Source: Minisyncoccota bacterium
Lineage (GTDB): Bacteria; Patescibacteriota; Minisyncoccia; Phycocordibacterales; Phycocordibacteraceae
Assembly (NCBI GenBank): GCA_035531095.1
Contig: DATKTL010000011.1
Location: 1 to 36,160 of the forward strand
Direction of reading: 5' to 3'
DNA: 36,160 nt
Shown piece by piece: positions 30,003 to 36,160 of the stretch. Below the pieces are notes generated by a model. That model made no database searches. It saw nothing but the letters and a program-made list of their open reading frames with translations, and was not told the origin of the DNA. Position numbers and translations under genes: made by a program. The number at the start of each line of letters is the position of its first letter. Positions within the stretch are counted from its first letter, which is position 1.

Positions 30003-30629
30003 ATGTCGGTTGATTTCATCACGCAGCTCATACTCCAGTACCGGTATTGGATACTCATCCCCCTCTCGCTCTTAGAGGGCCCAGTCGTCGCATTCGTTGC
30101 CGGTACGCTCGCCGCCGCCGGCTTTTTCGATATGTATTTCCTCGCCGCGCTTTTCTTCGTGCGCGATGTCGGGCTCGACGGCGCGTATTACGCCATAGGC
30201 TATTTCGGCGGGCACACGGAGTTCTCCAGGCGCATGCTCGCGAAGATCGGCGTCACGGACGACCACTTGCAGCGGGTGCGGATACTGTGGGAGCGGCGGC
30301 CCGGCATGACGATGCTGGTCGGCAAGCTTTCCTATGGCATCGCCTCGGCCTTCATCGTGGTCGCCGGCATGGTGAAGATGCCGCTCCGTATATTCTTTAA
30401 GTACGGGATACTCGTCGCCGTGCTCGAATACGGCTCGCTGCTTTTCGCCGGGTATTACCTCGGCACGTCGCTCGGGGGGAATATCGTGCGGATGATCGAT
30501 AATGCGCAATACGTCATCGCATTCGCCGCGATCGTCATTTCGGCGTACTATATCCTGAGTTGGCGTATGCGCGGCAAGCTCCTCAAATCCGATGAGGAGG
30601 TCGAAGAGGCGCCGGCCGGACCACAATAG
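30003..30629 (+). CDS. DedA/VTT-domain family membrane protein
   Basis: 208 aa with YWILIPLSLLEGPVVAFVAG, typical of the DedA N-terminal re-entrant motif, and 4-5 TM helices. Confidence 0.8.
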   Translation: MSVDFITQLILQYRYWILIPLSLLEGPVVAFVAGTLAAAGFFDMYFLAALFFVRDVGLDGAYYAIGYFGGHTEFSRRMLAKIGVTDDHLQRVRILWERRPGMTMLVGKLSYGIASAFIVVAGMVKMPLRIFFKYGILVAVLEYGSLLFAGYYLGTSLGGNIVRMIDNAQYVIAFAAIVISAYYILSWRMRGKLLKSDEEVEEAPAGPQ

Positions 30630-30668
30630 AGGATTCCCCGCGCAACGAAATGATCACGCAGTACTGAT

Positions 30669-31715
30669 ATGTCTACGAGCACGCACGATGAATCGAAGGA
30701 TCTCTCCGGCGGGGTGAAAAGGATCCTGCTCGTGACGGACGCGTGGGCGCCGCAGGTGAACGGCGTGGTGCGCGTGCTCCAAGCCGTTATCCCGCTCGTG
30801 GAGGCGCGCGGCTACGATGTCCGGCTTGTCGAGCCGGGACAGTTCACGACGGTACCGATGCCGTTCTATCCTGAGATCCGTCTCGCGCTCTTCCCGCGCC
30901 GCCGCATCCGGAAGATGCTCGACGAGCTTAAACCGGACGCCGTCTGCATCGTGACCGAAGGGTCGCTCGGCTGGGCGGCCCGCGCGGTGTGCCGGGAGCG
31001 GGGGGTACCGTTCACGACGTGGTACCACAGCCATTTCCAGCTCTACGTCGACGTGCGCCTCCACGGGCTCCTACACCCCATCTTCGCCCTCATACGGCAC
31101 TTCCACTCCGCGGCCGCGCGTACGATGGTATCGACCGAGAGTCTGAAGAGGGAACTCGAGCTGACCGGTTTCAGGAATCTGATCGTCATGCCGCTCGGCG
31201 TCGACACCGAGCTCTTCGTCAGGAATCCGAACCCGCCGCTCCCGCCGCTCCCGAAGCCGGTCTTCGTCTATTTCAGCCGCCTCGCGCCTGAGAAGAGCCC
31301 GGAGGAATTCCTGAAGCTCGACCTGCCCGGTACGAAACTCGTCATCGGACCCGGGCCGTTGCGAAAAAGACTCGAGAAAGAGTACGGGGACCGGAACAGG
31401 TTCGTCGGACCGAAGAGGGGGCAGGAGCTCGTCGATTGGCTTTCACTCGCCGACGTGTTCGTCTTCCCGTCGCGCACGGAGACCTTCGGTCTCGTCGCGC
31501 TCGAGGCGCTCGCCTGCGGCCTCCCGATCGCGGCGCATGACGTCATGGGCCCGCGCGACATAGTCACGGAAGGGAGGGACGGCTACCTCGGCGGCGACTT
31601 GCGGGAAGCCGCGCTCAAATGCCTCGATCTTTCGAGGGAGGACTGCCGCGCGAAAGCGCTCCGGTACTCGTGGGAACGCTCGGCCGATACCTTCATCAAG
31701 AATCTTTTTGCATAA
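30669..31715 (+). CDS. GT4-family (GT-B, retaining) glycosyltransferase
   Basis: RILLVTDAWAPQVNGVV at the N-terminus and FVFPSRTETFGLVALEALACGLPI (E-x7-E region). A GTG at 30714 is an alternative start. Confidence 0.85.
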   Translation: MSTSTHDESKDLSGGVKRILLVTDAWAPQVNGVVRVLQAVIPLVEARGYDVRLVEPGQFTTVPMPFYPEIRLALFPRRRIRKMLDELKPDAVCIVTEGSLGWAARAVCRERGVPFTTWYHSHFQLYVDVRLHGLLHPIFALIRHFHSAAARTMVSTESLKRELELTGFRNLIVMPLGVDTELFVRNPNPPLPPLPKPVFVYFSRLAPEKSPEEFLKLDLPGTKLVIGPGPLRKRLEKEYGDRNRFVGPKRGQELVDWLSLADVFVFPSRTETFGLVALEALACGLPIAAHDVMGPRDIVTEGRDGYLGGDLREAALKCLDLSREDCRAKALRYSWERSADTFIKNLFA

Positions 31716-31751
31716 AAACAAGCGGCCGCCGCTTTCGCGACGGCCGGTGAA

Positions 31752-32381
31752 TCACAACCACGGTTTCGGGAACGCCAGTTTCAGCGCCGTGACCAGCGTT
31801 ATGAAGAGCTCCCCTATAGCGAACATGAGCATCGGGCGCGCCTCTTCTGCGAATATCCGCGGGCACCAGACGAATCCGTACCGTTCGTTCAGAGCATCGA
31901 ACACGAGATGATTCGCGAGCGGGAAGTACAGAGCGAGCAAGTACCAGATAGTCCATATGTCCGTCCGCTTCGCGTCGCTATAGACGTAGAAGACGATAAA
32001 CGCCGCGATCAACATCGCTGAGTAGACCATCGCGACTATTCCGGCGGGGTGGATTTCCCCCTTCCCGGCCCACGCGTCATCCTGCAGGCCGTTTCTATAG
32101 ACGAAGAGGAAGGCGTATAAGCTCAGCACTGTTCCGAGAATGATCGCGGATCTCGCGACGTCGGGGTTACCGTGGTCCCAGTAGGGCCCGATGATATAGA
32201 AGACGAACGGCATGAGCATCAGATTCCCCCACAGAGCGCCATTGGCGATTCCCGGGAAACCTTTTGCCGCGTGATGCATCATCATCTGGCCCGGGAAGAG
32301 CCGGTTGTCGAAGTATGCCAGGGACAGCGACAAGAGCATCATGCCGACGCTTGAGAGCGCCATGAGAAGTCCGGATTCCAT
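31752..32381 (-). CDS. Hypothetical polytopic membrane protein (~6 TM), no family recognised
   Basis: 209 aa, hydrophobic throughout, with SD-like AAAGGAAA 7 nt upstream of the ATG. It looks less GC-rich than its neighbours by eye. Confidence 0.6.
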   Translation of the reverse strand: MESGLLMALSSVGMMLLSLSLAYFDNRLFPGQMMMHHAAKGFPGIANGALWGNLMLMPFVFYIIGPYWDHGNPDVARSAIILGTVLSLYAFLFVYRNGLQDDAWAGKGEIHPAGIVAMVYSAMLIAAFIVFYVYSDAKRTDIWTIWYLLALYFPLANHLVFDALNERYGFVWCPRIFAEEARPMLMFAIGELFITLVTALKLAFPKPWL

Positions 32382-32459
32382 TATCGTTTCCTTTCGCGAA
32401 AGTGCCGCGGTGCGGCGGGATGCTTCTTTCCAGTGCCACTATACCCAATCCGGCACGCT

Positions 32460-32489
32460 TTGACAATCCCCATACTGTTGGTATAGAAT
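32460..32489 (+). promoter_or_regulatory. Near-consensus promoter TTGACA-16-TGgTATAGA(AT) for the gene at 32556
   Basis: TTGACA at 32460-32465 and TATAGA/TAGAAT at 32482-32489. The ~60-nt leader carries SD GGGAGG (32544-32549). Confidence 0.55.
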
Positions 32490-32555
32490 TAACCTGGGTA
32501 ATTCAACAGAGCTCTTTGGCAGGTGTCAGAGGGCGTCACTCTTGGGAGGAAAGAC

Positions 32556-32966
32556 ATGCGGCACACGATAGTTTCAAGGACGTTCTGGGCTGTATTCTTT
32601 GCAGCATTCTTATTTCTTGATTTCTCGCTGCTGCCGGGCATGATCGGTGCGATTATCCGTTACGCGCCGCATAGCGCGTCGTGGGTACTCATCTTCGCGT
32701 GCGTGTGGACGGCAGTATCGGCGGTCCCGGCGCTTTTCGCGGCGGTATTCATCACCTCGATCGCGAGCGCTTCAGAGAGGCGCTGCCCGTCGCCCTTGGT
32801 GAGCACGCTGCGGGCGGCACACTTCGTCCAGCGGTATCTGAATATCCTCGGACTGGCTGCTATGGCCGTCTTCCTGTACTGGAAGGTTGTGCTTGAGCCG
32901 CTCTTCGGAGCGCTTGCCGTCGCATGGACGAACACCGGGAGTCTCCCGAACGACTCAAAGACATAA
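32556..32966 (+). CDS. Hypothetical membrane protein (~4 TM), no family recognised
   Basis: 136 aa. The ATG is preceded by GGGAGGA at 6-nt spacing. The GTG 32523 of the track is rejected. Confidence 0.55.
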   Translation: MRHTIVSRTFWAVFFAAFLFLDFSLLPGMIGAIIRYAPHSASWVLIFACVWTAVSAVPALFAAVFITSIASASERRCPSPLVSTLRAAHFVQRYLNILGLAAMAVFLYWKVVLEPLFGALAVAWTNTGSLPNDSKT

Positions 32967-33007
32967 ACCGCCACGAGAACCGCTACGCGCGCTTCTCGTG
33001 GCGGTTT
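32965..33007. terminator. Bidirectional terminator between convergent genes
   Basis: AAACCGCCACGAGAA / 13-nt loop / TTCTCGTGGCGGTTT gives a perfect 15-bp stem followed by TCCCTTTTT. Confidence 0.75.
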
Positions 33008-33028
33008 TCCCTTTTTATACGAATGCAG

Positions 33029-33763
33029 CTAGCGCACGACCGCCCACTCCTTATAGGCAGCTTTGCCGCGGATCATCACGGAGAGCCCGTTCTTTATCCA
33101 CGAAGCATACACGCGCAGCCAGCCGAGCTTATGGGGGCGGCGGAGCGAGTGCTGCACGGACAGCTTCCAGTATGAGAGCGTCCTCCCATGGTTCGCGAGT
33201 TCGCGGAACAGCTCATTGTCTTCTCCCGCGGCGAGCGCCTCTTTGAACCCGCCTTCTTTGCGGAAAGCGTCGGTGCGCACCATCTGGAATTCGCCGGAGG
33301 AATTACCGGAGCCGAACACGTTGTTCGCGATGATGTATGCCCAATTGAGCGGCTTGCAGAAGAGCGCGTCCACGAGCGAACGGTTCTCGGGCCAAGGCGT
33401 GAGCGGCACGGTCATGGCGACCAATCTCGGGTCCCGCCCGAATGCCGCCAGCATCTCCTCGAAGAAGGCGTTCGGCTCCGGAATGAGCACGTCGGCGTCG
33501 ATGAAGACGAGGTAGTCGCCCTGCGCTTGCCGTGCCCCGGCGTTCTTCGCTTCGCCGAAGGTCTGGCGGCGCGGCTCTCCCCACACGACGATCTTTTCGG
33601 TGTAGCGGCGCGCGATAGGAAGCGTCTCGTCGGTGCTCCCGCCGTCGGTGATGATGATCTCGTGAGGCAGGGAAAGGGTGTCGAATTGCTTCAGCGTGCG
33701 CTCCAGGAACGCGCCCTCTTTGAGGGTCGGGATGATGATCGAAACGACAGGAGAAGAGCGCAT
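33029..33763 (-). CDS. GT2-family (GT-A) glycosyltransferase
   Basis: VSIIIPTLKEG, IIITDGGSTDET, YLVFIDADVLIP (DxD) and AGEDNELFREL. Confidence 0.85.
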   Translation of the reverse strand: MRSSPVVSIIIPTLKEGAFLERTLKQFDTLSLPHEIIITDGGSTDETLPIARRYTEKIVVWGEPRRQTFGEAKNAGARQAQGDYLVFIDADVLIPEPNAFFEEMLAAFGRDPRLVAMTVPLTPWPENRSLVDALFCKPLNWAYIIANNVFGSGNSSGEFQMVRTDAFRKEGGFKEALAAGEDNELFRELANHGRTLSYWKLSVQHSLRRPHKLGWLRVYASWIKNGLSVMIRGKAAYKEWAVVR

Positions 33764-33771
33764 CCGGACGG

Positions 33772-34695
33772 TTACTGCTTCTTCACCCAGAGGTAGAGGT
33801 CCTCCATCGCCTTCACGCCGTCGCCGGCGGCGATGTTGTTCTGGTGGTAGAGCTCGTCGGTACAGTCGCCGGCCGCCCAGATGCCAAGGGTGCTCGCGCG
33901 CTGGCTGCGCGGGTCAGCGATGATGCGGCCCACCGCATCGAAATCGAGCAGGCCTTTCACGAAATCGGTATTAGGGATGACGCCCGCCTCGACGAAGATG
34001 CCGGAGACCGGGAGCTCGTGCGACTCGCCAGTGTCTTTGTCGAGGTAGACGAGACCGGTTACGAATTGCTCGCCTTTCACTTCGGTCGGCTCGGCGTGCG
34101 CGAGGATGCGCATGTTCGGATGCGCTTTTGCCTTCGCGATGGTGACCGGGTCGGCTTTGAAGTCCTTGTGCCTGTGGAAGAGCGTGACGGACTTGGCATA
34201 GGCGAGGAGCTGGAGCGCAGTCTCGAAGCCGGCGTTCCCGCCGCCGATGACAGCCACATCCATACCCGAGAAGAGCGGGCCGTCGCACGAGGCGCAATAG
34301 GTGACCCCCTTGTTTTCGAAGGTGTCAGCGCCGGGGACATCGAGTTTGCGGCGTCCGGCTCCCGAAGCGATGAGGACGGACTTGGCGGTGAACTCTTTGC
34401 CACTCTTGGTCGTCGCAATGAAGCTGCCGTCGGCCTTTGCGAGCGAGACGACGCGTTCGCCGAGGACGACTGCGACAGCATCGCCCTTCACCGCGTCGAG
34501 GTGCGCCTTGAAGGACTTCGCGAGGTCCGCGCCGCTTATCTTCGGTGTCCCGATCCAGTTCTCGATGCCTTCCGAGACGGTGGATTGTCCGCCGATCCCT
34601 TCTGCGATGAGGACTGACTTCAGCTGCTTGCGGGCCGCGTAGACGCCGGCCGCAACGCCAGCGGGCCCGCCGCCGATGATGATGGTGTCGTTCAT
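33772..34695 (-). CDS. trxB: Thioredoxin-disulfide reductase family flavoprotein
   Basis: IIIGGGPAGVAAGVYAAR (FAD), redox CASCDG, VIGGGNAGFETAL (NADPH), GIWAAGDC. Start M27 of the track ORF (34695) is preferred because TGgTATACT lies 8 nt upstream. Confidence 0.8.
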   Translation of the reverse strand: MNDTIIIGGGPAGVAAGVYAARKQLKSVLIAEGIGGQSTVSEGIENWIGTPKISGADLAKSFKAHLDAVKGDAVAVVLGERVVSLAKADGSFIATTKSGKEFTAKSVLIASGAGRRKLDVPGADTFENKGVTYCASCDGPLFSGMDVAVIGGGNAGFETALQLLAYAKSVTLFHRHKDFKADPVTIAKAKAHPNMRILAHAEPTEVKGEQFVTGLVYLDKDTGESHELPVSGIFVEAGVIPNTDFVKGLLDFDAVGRIIADPRSQRASTLGIWAAGDCTDELYHQNNIAAGDGVKAMEDLYLWVKKQ

Positions 34696-34703
34696 ATGCG
34701 GGC

Positions 34704-34712
34704 AGTATACCA
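34704..34712 (-). promoter_or_regulatory. Extended -10 TGgTATACT, 8 nt before the trxB ATG
   Basis: Reverse complement of 34704-34712. Confidence 0.5.
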
Positions 34713-34737
34713 GAAGCGCGGCACGGGAGGTCGTGTG

Positions 34738-34766
34738 TTTGACGAATATATTAAACAAAGGTATAC
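34738..34766 (+). promoter_or_regulatory. Near-consensus promoter TTGACG-17 nt-TATACT with no CDS downstream
   Basis: TTGACG at 34738-34743, an exact 17-nt spacer and TATACT at 34761-34766. It points into the AT-rich trxB/ftsZ spacer. Confidence 0.5.
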
Positions 34767-34772
34767 TCATCA

Positions 34773-34908
34773 CAACATAAGAATCTATGAGGCGAGCTTT
34801 TTACGGCTAACGCCAACAGGTAACTGTCGGAATATTTTACAATTGGCCGTAAAAAGCTCATCTTATCGTTCTTAAAATGAAAAGGCCTCCGCTTGCGGAG
34901 GCCTTTTT
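34773..34908 (+). ncRNA. Candidate small non-coding RNA (~135 nt), unknown family
   Basis: It is bounded by the promoter above and the GGCCTCCG/CGGAGGCC+TTTTT terminator. An internal 14-bp perfect stem GAGCTTTTTACGGC (34794-34807) / GCCGTAAAAAGCTC (34846-34859) extends to ~21 bp. The only ORF is 7 codons. Confidence 0.35.
34880..34908. terminator. Bidirectional rho-independent terminator (ftsZ on minus, candidate sRNA on plus)
   Basis: AAAA-GGCCTCCG-CTTG-CGGAGGCC-TTTTT. Confidence 0.8.
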
Positions 34909-34924
34909 CTATACAAACTTCAAG

Positions 34925-36160
34925 CTACTTTTTGTGCCTGCGGAGGAAGGACGGGATCGCGCCCCAGGCCTCGTCGTCCTCGGGGGCCGGTGTGACCTCG
35001 TCGCGCTTGTGCGGGACGGCGGTTACGATCGGCTCTTCTTTTTCGATGATCACGACGGGTTCTTCCTCCTTCTTCTCTTCGCGCTTCTCCTTCGCTTTCG
35101 GCTCCTCTTCTTTCTTCTCTTCGCGCTTCAGGATCTCGTGATAGATGCGGCCGCGTTCTTCTTCGCGGCGCTCGGGCGCCATCGCGAAGAGGGAACGCTC
35201 GGGGCCGGCATGCGAGGCATGTGCGGCGCTCTCGGGGAAGCCGGTCGCGATGACGATGATGCGGACCTGGCCCTTCTTGAGCTTCTCGTCCTTCATCATG
35301 CCGAAGATGATCTTCGCATTCTTGTCGACGGATTCGTTGATGACCTTCGCCGCCTCCTGCACCTCCATGATGCCGAGATCGTCGTTGCTTGCCACGACGA
35401 AGAGGATGCCCTTCGCGCCGCCGATGGAGACATCGAGGAGCGGGGAATTGACCGCCTGCTTCGCGGCGATAGCGGCGCGATCGTCGCCCTCCGCGATACC
35501 GATACCCATGAGAGCCGGACCGGCGCCTTCCATGATAGCCTTGATGTCGTTGAAGTCGGTATTGATATCGCCCGGCGTGGTGATGATGTCGGAGACGCCC
35601 TCGACTGCTTGGCGCAGGATCTCGTCGCACATGGCGAAGGCGCTCTTCGCGGTGGTGTTGAGATCGACGACCGCGAGGAGCTTGTCGTTCGGGATGACGA
35701 TGAAGGCGTCGACTTCCTTCTTGAGCTCGGCGAGGCCGCGCTCGGCGATGTCCTTGCGCTGAGCACCCTCGAAGCTGAACGGCTTGGTCACGATCGCGAT
35801 GACGAGCGCGCCGACTTCCTTCGCGATCTTCGCGACCACTGCTGAGGCGCCGGTGCCAGTGCCGCCGCCCATGCCGCAGGTGATGAAGACCATGTCGCTG
35901 CCCGAGAGCGCCTCCTGGATCTCCTGGCGCGTCTCTTCAGCCGCGCGCTTGCCGAGCTCCGGATTCATGCCGGTGCCGAGTCCGCGCGTGAGGTTCTTGC
36001 CGATGTGGATCTTGCGCTTCGCGAGGGAGCGGTGCAGGTCCTGCGCGTCGGAATTGATGGCGACGAATTCCACGCCGCGCACCTTCGATTCGATCATGTG
36101 GTTGATCGCGTTCTTGCCCGAGCCGCCGACGCCGACGACGCGGATCCGGGCGAAAGTCTC
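34925..36160 (-). CDS. ftsZ: Cell-division GTPase FtsZ (5' end outside the window)
   Basis: The frame stays open past the track's M at 36097. The reverse complement of 36098-36160 reads ..IRVVGVGGSGKNAINHM. It has GGGTGTGA (T4 loop), NTDAQ-like NSDAQDL, a charged EEKKEEEP linker and the C-terminal peptide IPSFLRR. Confidence 0.95.
   Translation of the reverse strand, partial: ETFARIRVVGVGGSGKNAINHMIESKVRGVEFVAINSDAQDLHRSLAKRKIHIGKNLTRGLGTGMNPELGKRAAEETRQEIQEALSGSDMVFITCGMGGGTGTGASAVVAKIAKEVGALVIAIVTKPFSFEGAQRKDIAERGLAELKKEVDAFIVIPNDKLLAVVDLNTTAKSAFAMCDEILRQAVEGVSDIITTPGDINTDFNDIKAIMEGAGPALMGIGIAEGDDRAAIAAKQAVNSPLLDVSIGGAKGILFVVASNDDLGIMEVQEAAKVINESVDKNAKIIFGMMKDEKLKKGQVRIIVIATGFPESAAHASHAGPERSLFAMAPERREEERGRIYHEILKREEKKEEEPKAKEKREEKKEEEPVVIIEKEEPIVTAVPHKRDEVTPAPEDDEAWGAIPSFLRRHKK

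Noticed and set aside
31716-31751. Possible terminator AAGCGGCCGCCGCTT between GT4 and the convergent membrane gene
   Set aside because: Only ~5 bp can pair once a viable loop is allowed, and there is no T-tract. The support is too weak to call.
35040-35140. Imperfect tandem DNA repeat encoding KREEKKEEEP twice in the FtsZ C-terminal linker
   Set aside because: The FtsZ linker is charged, low-complexity and known to be variable in length and sequence. This is a likely slippage product with no separate function.
34877-35845. 322-aa plus-strand ORF
   Set aside because: It is antisense to ftsZ and starts inside the bidirectional terminator.
1-36160. Search for CRISPR arrays, transposases or IS ends, integrases, toxin-antitoxin pairs and defence-system hallmarks
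   Set aside because: I found no spaced direct-repeat array and no ORF with transposase, integrase, nuclease-ATPase or toxin-like motifs. Every long ORF is either a housekeeping or envelope gene or a shadow ORF.

Overview
This is a gene-dense, visibly GC-rich bacterial chromosomal segment with a strong G/C bias at third codon positions, which I used to choose between mirror ORFs. The content is almost entirely housekeeping and cell-envelope genes and has a reduced-genome flavour. My inference, not verifiable here, is a Patescibacteria/CPR-like or similar small-genome lineage.

I call about 33 protein genes. They include malic enzyme, LemA-HtpX, class II ribonucleotide reductase NrdJ, MurJ, LepA, ValRS, TsaD, Orn, a DHH phosphoesterase, two RNA methyltransferases, an MFS transporter, a PAP2 phosphatase, DedA, GT4, GT2, a TrxR-like reductase and FtsZ, plus several secreted or membrane hypotheticals. 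I also call 7 tRNA genes and an RNase P RNA on the minus strand, which invalidates the N-terminal third of the 913-aa ORF in the track.

I saw no transposase, integrase, CRISPR array, or recognisable defence, toxin or secretion module. I could not identify a convincing multi-gene novel system.

The unusual signals are mostly architectural or RNA-level:
1. At least 17 starts have a TAnnnT -10 box ending 6-10 nt before the start codon with no Shine-Dalgarno, suggesting pervasive leaderless expression.
2. Two CDSs begin 3 nt after a tRNA 3' end, suggesting tRNA-punctuated mRNAs.
3. A perfect 51-bp nested palindrome sits in frame inside a methyltransferase gene.
4. A stand-alone promoter-to-terminator unit of about 135 nt has no ORF and is a candidate sRNA.
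5. Extra sense and antisense copies of the tRNA-Glu 3' end lie in an atypically long spacer.
6. A symmetric bidirectional -10 drives orn on one side and a 26-codon leaderless uORF, coupled to tsaD by an ATGA overlap, on the other.

All coordinates of hairpins, promoters and tRNAs were derived by hand from the sequence. No folding, homology search or statistics could be run.
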